A stretch of 63,934 nucleotides of DNA, the filler included, from Collodictyon triciliatum (taxonomy: Eukaryota): the NCBI GenBank assembly GCA_043381765.1. It is 4 parts of 4 records of this genome, joined end to end, with 100 filler letters (N's around TTAATTAATTAA, not from the genome) between each part and the next. Parts side by side here need not be neighbours in the genome. Positions count along the whole stretch, not along the records: positions 1 to 21,532 come from JBHJMP010001187.1; positions 21,633 to 42,963 come from JBHJMP010001191.1; 2 more parts are not named here. One strand, 5' to 3'. Of this stretch, positions 12,569-22,201 are shown one piece after another. The notes beneath the pieces were generated by a model that worked only from the letters and a program-made list of their open reading frames with translations, made no database searches and had not been told where the DNA came from. The translations under genes were made by a program, and so were the position numbers. Positions within the stretch are counted from its first letter, which is position 1. Each line of letters starts with the position of its first letter.

Positions 12569-15500
12569 CTAAAACTCCTCAACTTTCGATTGAGACATGT
12601 CGTTCATTTCTGTGTCTTTTGACAGATGTATTCCAGTAAATGTCTTGAAAAAATATTGCGAAATGTAATTATCAGTGATTGAGTTCCAAAGAGAACTGAG
12701 CATAGATAAGAAACTTGTCAGCACCAATCTCAAAACAACAGGGCCAGCTTTGGAAAGGAAAACAACTCCTATCCCTCCATTCAGAATAACCACCAAAAGC
12801 ACCAGCACAACTTCGGTTTTTTGATTCAAATTGTTGTATCGGAAAAGTAGACTCAGCATCAAAGTAAAATAGAGAACCATGAGTGATTGAATTTGTGACT
12901 TTTTCAATACATTAGATATGAATGGCTTGAAGTATATGGTTGAAGCTATCATGAGAAACAGCAGCCACAATCCAAAGTAGATTTGAAGCGAAGCTGAAAA
13001 AAACGTGCTTATCATCACAATGACCAACTTTTGCATCATCATCACAACCTCCCAGAATTGGCACTTTTCCGTATAGCCATCGACCAGAAATCTGAAAAGG
13101 GCATATGTTTTGGACGTAGGATTGCTCAATGCCGCTTTTTTTCGAATAATTCGTATCAATATCACTATAGGACCGGCAAAACAATATGTAATCAGGAAAG
13201 CAAAAGAGATGCTTCTCCACAACTTGTATGTGACATCATCGCATAAAATTGACATATCCGCCTTCAAATAGCTCCTCTCTCCAAGTGTTTCACATGGAAA
13301 TATTTCAGAAATGCTCGAAGTGATTGAAGGATGGACAAAAAACAGCATAACTAGCATGGAGTATGTTACTTCGTGTTGAAAATGAGCAAATGTAAGATGG
13401 ATATTTGATATTTCTTTCTTGTAAAGCCGCCACATTTCTCTTAACAAAGTTAATACAACCATAACGCCTGTCATTATTATCGGACTTAACATAGAGTACA
13501 GCGCTTTGTCATATACTGACAGTCCAAGTTGACATTCCATCGGGTAGCTGTCTATAGAAAGTGAAAAGGAAAACAAAGCTGGAATTTTCATCACTGACAC
13601 GATGATTGTACTCCATTTTACATCAAAGTTTGCTAGGTATGTCAAAACTTGAAAATGAGTGGATAATGATTTCAGAATTTGAATATTCCCAGTTCTTGTC
13701 TGTCTTGACTGTTCTATCATGAAGAAAACAAAGGCAAGGGGAACAGCAAAGCTCAAGAAAATCAAGACAACATTGATACCCTTCGGTGGACATTTAATGC
13801 AAAAGTACCCTGCTTTTCCATATCCTTTTTCACAGACGCTGCATAAAGCTCCACTATATCCATCGGCACAGGTATTGTTTCCTCCATTACATGCATCTTG
13901 ATTTAAGCATTTGAAAGCGATGTATTCTCCATTTGAATTCGGAGCTTGCCAATATCCAGGTGCAACACTAAGGCTGCTACTTCCATCACAAATAAAACCC
14001 TCTGGACATGATTTACATTGCTTACTCTTGGAGTCAAGGTATGTGTTTGAAAGGCATTTGCAATCGTGTATTGATGTTGAGCCCGTCATATTTGTATATG
14101 AATTTGTAGGGCAGTCTTTGCACAAGGTTTGACCGTAATTTTCATTGAAAGTACCTGGAGAGCATTTGAAACATTCTTCCTGCTTTTCGTACCATCCTGG
14201 TTGACACTGACACGTAGAGTTTATCAATTTAAACCCATTCTTACAAACACAATCTGTCGAGTTCATGGAACCGTTGTTTTTGGTTGTAAATTTGTTCAGA
14301 CAAAGAAGACAGAAACCGGTGTCATTTGTGAATTTATATGAGCCAACTCTGCAGTTGACACATTGACTCCCATCCTCGAATTTTCCTGGGGGACATGTGC
14401 AAACACCGCCAAAAAACACATATGTATTCATGCATTCACAGTCTTGGAGTCTTACAGAGCCTTCTTTCTTAGTTGTAGAGCGTGTTGGACAAGAGTTGCA
14501 GTAGGTGCTTCCGGCTGAGCTGTAGCTTCCGTTTGGACATGAAATGCATGATGATTGATTGAATGAACCAGTTTTATTGTTAAATGTCCCAGCTGGACAT
14601 GATGTGCACGATGCTTGACCATCTCTATCATTCCATGTGCCTTGTGGACATTCAATACATGACTTGTTTCCATATGAGCCGGAGTTTGAGTTGAATGTGC
14701 CTCTTGGACAAGAATAGCATGAATTTGAGTCTTTTATAATTTCTTCTTTTTGATAGAATCCTGATGAACATAAGCTGCATGATGCGCTTCTCTCTGAGCT
14801 GTAGCTTCCATTAGGACATGTAATACATGACGATTGATCTAATGAGCCAGTTTTGTAGTTGAATGTCCCAGCTGGACATGATGTGCATGACGCTTGACCA
14901 TCTCTATCATTCCAAGTACCTTGTGGACATTCAATGCATGATTTGTCTCCATATGAGCCGGAGTTTGGGTTAAATGTGCCTTTTGGGCATGTATGACATG
15001 ATTTTGAGTCTTTAATGACACCTTCTTTTTGATAAAATCCTGATGAACACAAGCTGCATGATGTACTTCCAGATAAGCTGTAGCTTCCGTTTGGACATGA
15101 AATGCACGACGATTGATTGAATGAGCCAGTTTTGTTGTTAAATGTCCCAGCTGGACATAATGTGCATGATGCTTGACCATCTCTATCATTCCAAGTACCT
15201 TGTGGACATTCATTACATGATATATTTCCATATGAGCCGGAGTTTGAGTTGAATGTGCCTCTTGGACAAGAATAGCATGAATTTGAGTCTTTTGTAATTC
15301 TTTCTTTTTGATAGAATCCTGATGAACATAAGCTGCATGATGAGCTTCTTTCTGAGCTGTAGCTTCCATTAAGACATGATATGCACGATGATAGGTTAAA
15401 TGAGCCAGTTTTGTTATTGAATGTACCAGCTGGACATGATGTGCAGGACGCTTGGCCTTCTTTACTATTCCAAGTCCCTTGTGGACATTCAATGCATGAT

Positions 15501-18500
15501 TTGTTTCCATACGAGCCGGAGTTTGAATTGAATGTGCCTTTTGGGCAAGCGTAGCATGATTCTGAGTCTTTTGTGACGTCTTCTTTTTGATAGTATCCTG
15601 ATAAACATAAACTACATGATGCACTTCCACTTAAGCTGTAGCTCCCATTTGGACATGAAATGCACGAGTATTGATTGAATGAACCAGTTTTGTTGTTAAA
15701 TGTCCCAGCTGGACATGACGTGCATGATGCTTGACCATCTCTATCATTCCAAGTACCTTGTGGACATACAATACATGATTTGTTTCCATATGAGCCGGAG
15801 TTTGAGTTGAATGTGCCTTTTGGGCAAGCATAGCATGATTCTGAGTCTTTTTTGATTCCTTCTTTTTGATAGAATCCTGATGAGCATAAGCTGCATGATG
15901 TACTTCTTTCTGAGCTGTAGCTTCCATTTGGACATGAAATGCATGATAATTCATCAAACGATCCAGTTTTGTTATTGAATGTGCCAGCTGGGCATGAAGT
16001 GCATGATGATTGACCATCTCTATCATTCCAAGTGCCTTGTGGACATTCAATACATGATTTGTTTCCATATGAGCCGGAGTTTGAGTTGAATGCGCCTATT
16101 GGACAGGCATAGCATGAATTTGAGTCTTTAATGATTCCTTCTTTTTGATAGTATCCTGATAAACATAAACTACATGATGAACTTTTCTCTGAGCTGTAGC
16201 TTCCGTTCACACATGATATGCAAGATGATTGATTGAATGAGCCCGTTTGATTGTTGAATGTACCGGCTGGACATGATGTGCATGATGCTTGACCATCTCT
16301 ATCATTCCAAGTGCCTTGTGGACATTCAATACACGATTTATTTCCATATGAGCCGGATATTGAGTTGAATGTGCCTTTTAGACAAGCGTAGCATGATTTT
16401 AAGTCTTTTGTGACGTCTTCTTTTTGATAGTATCCTGATGAGCACAAACTGCATGATGAGCTTCTCTCTGAGCTGTAGCTTCCATTCGGACATGTAATAC
16501 ATGACGATTGATTGAATGAGCCAGTTTTGTAGTTGAATGTCCCAGCTGGACATGATGTGCATGATGCTTGACCATCTCTATCATTCCAAGTGCCTTGTGG
16601 ACATTCCATGCATGATGAGTTTCCATATGAGCCGGAGTTTGAGTTGAATTTGCTATTTGGACAAGAATGGCATGATTTTGAGTCTTTTGTGATTCCTTCT
16701 TTTTGATAGTATCCTGATAAGCATAAACTGCATGATGCGCTTCTTTCTGAGCTATAGCTTCCGTTAGGACATGTAATACATGACGATTGATCTAATGAGC
16801 CAGTTTTGTAGTTGAATGTCCCAGCTGGACATGATGTGCATGATGCTTGACCATCTCTATCATTCCAAGTACCTTGTGTACATTCGATACATGATTTATT
16901 TCCATATGAGCCGAAGTTCGAGTTGAATGTGCCTTTTGGACAAGCGTAGCATGATTTTAAGTCCTTTATAACTCCTTCTTTTTGATAGAATCCTGATAAA
17001 CATAAACTGCATGATGCGCTTCTTTCGGAGCTGTAGCTTCCATTTAGACATGAAATGCATGATGATTGATTGAATGAGCCAGTTTTATTGTTGAATGTAC
17101 CAGCTGGACATGATGTGCATGGTGCTTGACCATCCTTATCATTCCAAGTACCTTGTGTACATTCAATACATGATTTGTTTCCATATGAGCCGGAGTTTGA
17201 GTTGAATGTGCCTTTTGGACAAGCGTAGCATGATTTTGAATCTTTTTTGATTCCCTCTTTTTGATAGAATCCTGATAAGCAAAAGCTGCATGACGCGCTT
17301 CCAGCTGAGCTGTAGCTTCCATTAGGACATGGGATACATGATGATTGATTATATGAGCCAGTTTTATCGTTGAATGTACCCGCTGGACATGATGTGCATG
17401 ACGCTTGACCATCTCTATCATTCCAAGTACCTTGTGGACATTCGGTACATGACTTGTCTCCGAATGAGCCAAAGTTTGAGTTGAATGTGCCTTTTGCACA
17501 AGCATAACATGATTCCGAGTCTTTTTTGATTCCCTCTCTTTGATAGAATCCTGATGAGCATAAACTGCATGATATACTTCTTTCTGAGCTGTAGCTTCCG
17601 TTTGGACATTCAATACATGAATCACCAAATGAACCAGTTTTGTTATTGAATGTACCGGCTGGGCATGTTGTGCATTCATCTTTGTACTTACTCCCAAAAG
17701 TCCCTTGTGGACATTCAATACATGACAGATTGCCTGTTGAACCAAATCTTGGATTGTAAGTTCCATCGATACATTCTATACATGTCTTTTGGCCAGATAT
17801 TGGATTGTAAGAACCAGGTTGGCAAAGTTCACATGTGGATTCTCCTGAATTTGAAGAGAATTTCCCTTGAGGACACAATTGGCAACTGCTAACATCGGTT
17901 GATGCGACATTTGGATTGAAAGTCCCGGCTGGGCATTTTTCGCAGTTAGTTGATTTTGTTTTATTTGAATAAGTACCAGTGGAACATGGATTACAAAACT
18001 GATTTCCTTTCTCACTCATGAAAAACCCAGCAGGACAGTCAAAACAGCTCGACTTCCCATCAACGCTATTATATGTTCCAGGCTCACATAGAAGACAGGA
18101 TGAATTTCCAGCACCTCGGATGCTTGGATTGAATGTTCCTGCTGGACAAGAAGTACACGACCTATCGCCCTCATTACTGTAAAATCCAGCAGTGCAATTA
18201 TTACATGAAATTTGACCTTTAATATTGTTAAATGTTCCAGCCTCGCATTTTTTGCAAATTGATTGACCCACAAGATTATTGTATGTTCCTTCTCCACATG
18301 GAAGACAATCTTTAATGCTTGTTGAACCAGTAGATGGGTTGTAAGTTCCAGTCGGACAAGATGGACAAAAATTGAGCTCATTTCCGTTATTATAAGAACC
18401 GGATGGACACATTTCGCATGAATTTGATAGTTGGTTGAAAAAATATCCTCCTTGGCACGGACTCCAGACTTTGATGAATGTGTCTGTGCTTGCTGAAATA

Positions 18501-21118
18501 ATTTTTGAATCCGGAGTGGCAAAAACACTATTTACCGAATTGGTGTGACTAAAAAGTGTTCGAATTTCTCGTCCATCTGACATTGTCCATATTTTTACTG
18601 ATTTATCACTGCTTCCAGAGTGCAATTTCGTTCCATCAGGTGATATCGAAATGCTATTTACTGAGCTTGTGTGTCCAATAAGCGTTCGAATCAAGATACC
18701 ATCCGACATATTCCAAATCTTGATTGTGTTATCACTACTTCCAGATATGATTAGTAGCCCATCTGGAGATGTAATAACGCATCTTACAGCATTTCCGTGG
18801 CCGGTAATCGTTCTGATTAATGCTCCATCTGAAAAATTCCAAACTATTATGGAAAAATCAGCACTGCCTGAAATAATGTTGGTATTATCTGGCGTAATAA
18901 AAACAGAATTCACTGCTTTCGTATGCCCAGATAAGGTGCGAATTAAAATTCCATCTGAAACTTTCCAAATATTTATAGTCATGTCATCACTTCCTGATAC
19001 AATCACAGAATTATCTAGCAACATAGCAACGCTTCGAACAGCAGCGGTATGTCCGATAAATGTTTTTAATTGAGCACCATCCGAAAAATTCCACATTATG
19101 ACGGTATTATCACTGCTTCCTGACACGATTTTTGTTTCATCAGCTGAAACAATAATACTATTAACAGAATTTTTATGGGCATTTATCGAAAGCGATAGAG
19201 AACCGTCAGCATAATTCCAAATTTTAATTGTGTTATCGCTACTTCCAGACACAATTTTCGTTTTACCAGGGCTGAAAGCAACATTATTGACTGAGCCGCT
19301 GTGCCCTGAAACCGTCAAAGTCAAACTAAAATCTGGAAAATACCACATCTTAATTGTTGTGTCATCACTTCCAGACAAAAATATTGAGCCATCTGAGAGA
19401 ATTGATATTCCATTTATTGTAACTCCGTGTTCATTCATAATATTTATAGTCGTTCCACTTGATTGACTCCAAATTCTAATTGACCTGTCACTACTTCCAG
19501 AAATAATCTTTGAACCATCCGGAGAAATCGAAACACTTTTGATTATTCCTGTGTGCCCATTAAGAGTGTGAATTAAACTTCCATCCAAAATGCTGGTCAT
19601 TCTTATTGTTCTATCGCTGCTCCCAGAAACAATTTTCGTTCCATCTGGCGTTATAGCAACAGAATTTACTGCATCAGTATGAAAATTTATATTTTGTACC
19701 AATGTTCCGTCATTAAAATTCCAGACTTTGACGGTTTTGTCGGAACTTCCAGAAACGATTTTTGAGCCATCAGGAGTTAAAGCTACACTTGTGATTATTT
19801 CAGTGTGTCCATTTAATATGCGAATAATATTTCCGTCAGACATTCTTGTAATTTTTATTGTCTTATCACTGCTACCAGAAACAAGTATCTTTTCATTATT
19901 TGTAATGGCGACACAGTTCACTGATTCCATATGGACTTGAAATGATTTAATTAAAAAGCCATCATCGACATTCCATAACTTCATTGTTTTATCTGAACTT
20001 CCAGATATGACTTTAGAGTTATCAACAGTGAGCATCAATGCATTTACAATACCAGAATGACCAGCCATCGAACGAATGAAATTTCCATTTGACAGATTCC
20101 AAACTCTGATAATGTTGTCTGAATGCCCTGTAATAAAGATCGATTTAAAAGAGGATGTCACAATGGATGTCACTCTCGAGCCTCTCGAGTATATTGGGCT
20201 TCCGTCTGAGAGATTCCAGAGTCTCAGAGTATAGTCGTCACCGACAGATACAATTTTTGAGCTATCAGAAGTAACGGCAACATTCCAAATATTGCTTAAG
20301 TGCCCAAGCAATGCGCGAATCAAAGTTCCATCGGAAAGATTCCATACTCTTATTGTTCTATCGTTGCTTCCAGAAACGATTTTCAAGCTGTCATGAGTGA
20401 CAGCAACGCTGTAAATACCACCGGTGTGACCAATCAAAGTCCGAATCAAAGTTCCATCTGACAGAATCCAAATTTTGATTGTATTATCATTGCTCCCCGA
20501 AATTACTTTTGAGCCGTCAGGAGAAACAGCAACACTACGAACCCAATCTCCATGACCATTCAATGTGCGGATCAAAGTTCCGTCTGAAAGATTCCATATT
20601 TTGATTGTTTTATCTGAGCTTCCCGATACAATTTTTAGGCCGTCAGGAGTAATAGCAACACTACGAACAAAATTAGTATGACCGAGTATTGTCTGAATCA
20701 AAATTCCATCAGCAAAATTCCAGATTTTAATAGTTTTGTCAGCACTCCCAGATACCACTCTTGTCATATTTGGATTTACCACTATACTCAATATATCATT
20801 TGAATGACCGGTCAGTGTGCGAATCGAAGCTCCGTTAGATAGATTCCAAATTTTAATTGAATAGTCCCATCCACCAGATACTATTTTGGAGTTATCAGAT
20901 GTGACAGTGACACTTATGGTAACTCCAGGACCATTTATAGTTCGAATTAAAGCTCCATCAGATATGTTCCAAACCTTGATTGTCCTATCTCTGCTGCCAG
21001 AAATGATCTTGGTGCCATCAGGAGTGGTGGAAGAGCAAAATACTTGATTTATATGCCCATCTCCAGAAGTAAAAATCGAGGAAACTTGGCATGCAGTGGA
21101 CAAGAGCTGGCTCATCAT
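12569..21118 (-). CDS. Intronless 2849-aa surface/receptor-like protein: 21 WD40 repeats, Cys-rich (GCC2_GCC3/ephrin-receptor-like) stalk and multi-pass TM C-terminus
   Basis: Single ORF. I counted 21 repeats of the GH...SGSxDxTI(K/R)IW type, followed by CxxCPxGT(F/Y) repeats and several hydrophobic segments from INVVLIFLSFAVPLAFVFFMI onward. An upstream in-frame ATG at 21154 is separated from the ORF by a TAA. Confidence 0.92.
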   Translation of the reverse strand: MMSQLLSTACQVSSIFTSGDGHINQVFCSSTTPDGTKIISGSRDRTIKVWNISDGALIRTINGPGVTISVTVTSDNSKIVSGGWDYSIKIWNLSNGASIRTLTGHSNDILSIVVNPNMTRVVSGSADKTIKIWNFADGILIQTILGHTNFVRSVAITPDGLKIVSGSSDKTIKIWNLSDGTLIRTLNGHGDWVRSVAVSPDGSKVISGSNDNTIKIWILSDGTLIRTLIGHTGGIYSVAVTHDSLKIVSGSNDRTIRVWNLSDGTLIRALLGHLSNIWNVAVTSDSSKIVSVGDDYTLRLWNLSDGSPIYSRGSRVTSIVTSSFKSIFITGHSDNIIRVWNLSNGNFIRSMAGHSGIVNALMLTVDNSKVISGSSDKTMKLWNVDDGFLIKSFQVHMESVNCVAITNNEKILVSGSSDKTIKITRMSDGNIIRILNGHTEIITSVALTPDGSKIVSGSSDKTVKVWNFNDGTLVQNINFHTDAVNSVAITPDGTKIVSGSSDRTIRMTSILDGSLIHTLNGHTGIIKSVSISPDGSKIISGSSDRSIRIWSQSSGTTINIMNEHGVTINGISILSDGSIFLSGSDDTTIKMWYFPDFSLTLTVSGHSGSVNNVAFSPGKTKIVSGSSDNTIKIWNYADGSLSLSINAHKNSVNSIIVSADETKIVSGSSDNTVIMWNFSDGAQLKTFIGHTAAVRSVAMLLDNSVIVSGSDDMTINIWKVSDGILIRTLSGHTKAVNSVFITPDNTNIISGSADFSIIVWNFSDGALIRTITGHGNAVRCVITSPDGLLIISGSSDNTIKIWNMSDGILIRTLIGHTSSVNSISISPDGTKLHSGSSDKSVKIWTMSDGREIRTLFSHTNSVNSVFATPDSKIISASTDTFIKVWSPCQGGYFFNQLSNSCEMCPSGSYNNGNELNFCPSCPTGTYNPSTGSTSIKDCLPCGEGTYNNLVGQSICKKCEAGTFNNIKGQISCNNCTAGFYSNEGDRSCTSCPAGTFNPSIRGAGNSSCLLCEPGTYNSVDGKSSCFDCPAGFFMSEKGNQFCNPCSTGTYSNKTKSTNCEKCPAGTFNPNVASTDVSSCQLCPQGKFSSNSGESTCELCQPGSYNPISGQKTCIECIDGTYNPRFGSTGNLSCIECPQGTFGSKYKDECTTCPAGTFNNKTGSFGDSCIECPNGSYSSERSISCSLCSSGFYQREGIKKDSESCYACAKGTFNSNFGSFGDKSCTECPQGTWNDRDGQASCTSCPAGTFNDKTGSYNQSSCIPCPNGSYSSAGSASCSFCLSGFYQKEGIKKDSKSCYACPKGTFNSNSGSYGNKSCIECTQGTWNDKDGQAPCTSCPAGTFNNKTGSFNQSSCISCLNGSYSSERSASCSLCLSGFYQKEGVIKDLKSCYACPKGTFNSNFGSYGNKSCIECTQGTWNDRDGQASCTSCPAGTFNYKTGSLDQSSCITCPNGSYSSERSASCSLCLSGYYQKEGITKDSKSCHSCPNSKFNSNSGSYGNSSCMECPQGTWNDRDGQASCTSCPAGTFNYKTGSFNQSSCITCPNGSYSSERSSSCSLCSSGYYQKEDVTKDLKSCYACLKGTFNSISGSYGNKSCIECPQGTWNDRDGQASCTSCPAGTFNNQTGSFNQSSCISCVNGSYSSEKSSSCSLCLSGYYQKEGIIKDSNSCYACPIGAFNSNSGSYGNKSCIECPQGTWNDRDGQSSCTSCPAGTFNNKTGSFDELSCISCPNGSYSSERSTSCSLCSSGFYQKEGIKKDSESCYACPKGTFNSNSGSYGNKSCIVCPQGTWNDRDGQASCTSCPAGTFNNKTGSFNQYSCISCPNGSYSLSGSASCSLCLSGYYQKEDVTKDSESCYACPKGTFNSNSGSYGNKSCIECPQGTWNSKEGQASCTSCPAGTFNNKTGSFNLSSCISCLNGSYSSERSSSCSLCSSGFYQKERITKDSNSCYSCPRGTFNSNSGSYGNISCNECPQGTWNDRDGQASCTLCPAGTFNNKTGSFNQSSCISCPNGSYSLSGSTSCSLCSSGFYQKEGVIKDSKSCHTCPKGTFNPNSGSYGDKSCIECPQGTWNDRDGQASCTSCPAGTFNYKTGSLDQSSCITCPNGSYSSERSASCSLCSSGFYQKEEIIKDSNSCYSCPRGTFNSNSGSYGNKSCIECPQGTWNDRDGQASCTSCPAGTFNNKTGSFNQSSCISCPNGSYSSAGSTYCNSCPTRSTTKKEGSVRLQDCECMNTYVFFGGVCTCPPGKFEDGSQCVNCRVGSYKFTNDTGFCLLCLNKFTTKNNGSMNSTDCVCKNGFKLINSTCQCQPGWYEKQEECFKCSPGTFNENYGQTLCKDCPTNSYTNMTGSTSIHDCKCLSNTYLDSKSKQCKSCPEGFICDGSSSLSVAPGYWQAPNSNGEYIAFKCLNQDACNGGNNTCADGYSGALCSVCEKGYGKAGYFCIKCPPKGINVVLIFLSFAVPLAFVFFMIEQSRQTRTGNIQILKSLSTHFQVLTYLANFDVKWSTIIVSVMKIPALFSFSLSIDSYPMECQLGLSVYDKALYSMLSPIIMTGVMVVLTLLREMWRLYKKEISNIHLTFAHFQHEVTYSMLVMLFFVHPSITSSISEIFPCETLGERSYLKADMSILCDDVTYKLWRSISFAFLITYCFAGPIVILIRIIRKKAALSNPTSKTYALFRFLVDGYTEKCQFWEVVMMMQKLVIVMISTFFSASLQIYFGLWLLFLMIASTIYFKPFISNVLKKSQIQSLMVLYFTLMLSLLFRYNNLNQKTEVVLVLLVVILNGGIGVVFLSKAGPVVLRLVLTSFLSMLSSLWNSITDNYISQYFFKTFTGIHLSKDTEMNDMSQSKVEEF
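14500..17720 (-). repeat. Coding tandem array, 279-bp / 93-aa unit, 11 copies plus a degenerate flank
   Basis: The motif CPQGTWNDRDGQASC recurs 11 times. The DNA landmark ATCTCTATCATTCC occurs at 14621 and 14900, a spacing of 279. Confidence 0.95.
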
Positions 21119-21532
21119 AATACAAACTACAAGAAGAAATTGTTAGAAGGGCATTTGATTACTTAATATTTGGATTACCTACCAAAGGCAATTCTTTTTA
21201 GAGATAGACCTGAGTTTTCCTCCATGTTTTCTGTCAATACAATTCGTGAATATGTATTATTATGTACTTTTATCTTGTGAGAATGCAATTACAAGTCGCG
21301 CGATTGTATTATTTTTTAAAAAAAAAAACATTTAGATGATGATAAATCACTCGATTATTTATTTCGCCATGCTAATTTTTAATGATACTTATTGTTCAAT
21401 CTGCACTAGAATAATAAATCTTATTTCATCATATTCTTGCTTTAGAATTTCTCCAACTTTAAAAAAACGAAGCCCCAAATTACAATCATTCGAAAAGTCT
21501 AATTCGAGCTTGGATACATATGGCTGTAATAT

Positions 21533-21632
21533 NNNNNNNNNNNNNNNNNNNNNNNNNNNNNNNNNNNNNNNNNNNNTTAATTAATTAANNNNNNNNNNNN
21601 NNNNNNNNNNNNNNNNNNNNNNNNNNNNNNNN
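21533..21632. other. Artificial contig join (44 N + TTAATTAATTAA + 44 N)
   Basis: The same 100-bp structure occurs three times, and the 12-mer carries stops in all six frames. Confidence 0.97.
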
Positions 21633-21790
21633 TCTTTTTATTCTTTTTATTCTTTTTATTCTTTTTATTCTTTTTATTCTTTTTATTCTTTTTATTCTTT
21701 TTATTCTTTTTATTCTTTTTATTCTTTTTTCTTTTTTCTTTTTTCTTTTTTCTTTTTTCTTTTTTCTTTTTTCTTTTTTCTTTTTTCTTT
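21633..21790. repeat. (TCTTTTTAT)n and (CTTTTTT)n low-complexity tract
   Basis: Directly visible at the contig end. Confidence 0.95.
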
Positions 21791-22201
21791 TGCTCGCCCC
21801 ACCAACCGGCAAGGGGAACGTGAGTCAAAGGAAAGTCGGGAGTCATCCCAGTCAGCAGCCATTTGCATTTTCGTTTGTGATGCGGCACTTTTTTTTGCTC
21901 GTTTTTGGTTGTCTCTTTGTTTTTCCAGAAATAGAAAGTGGCCTTGCTGCACTATATTTAGAAAATATCCCCTTAGTACCTTGCTATATGTGGTGTTTAT
22001 AGCAATCACTTGATGATATTATTGCATCAAAAGTGGAACTCATTTTTCAGGGCGCAGAGAGGAACGCATTCTCGCCTGCAATCAGGCAGGTTTTGGTGGC
22101 CTTTCCAGTTTCTTTTGCTATCCCGCTGTGTAAGCCAATTACAACTTGGGCGCGACTGTGTTTTCCGTTTATTCCTTGCATTTACTGCTTTCCTTTTTGG
22201 T

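Noticed and set aside
14500-17720. Regularly spaced repeats as a CRISPR array
   Set aside because: The whole 279-bp unit repeats in frame within a coding sequence, with no unique spacers.
14452-18528. Alternate-frame ORFs (e.g. METNHVLNVHK...) within the Cys-rich array
   Set aside because: They are by-products of the repetitive main frame and are broken by stops.
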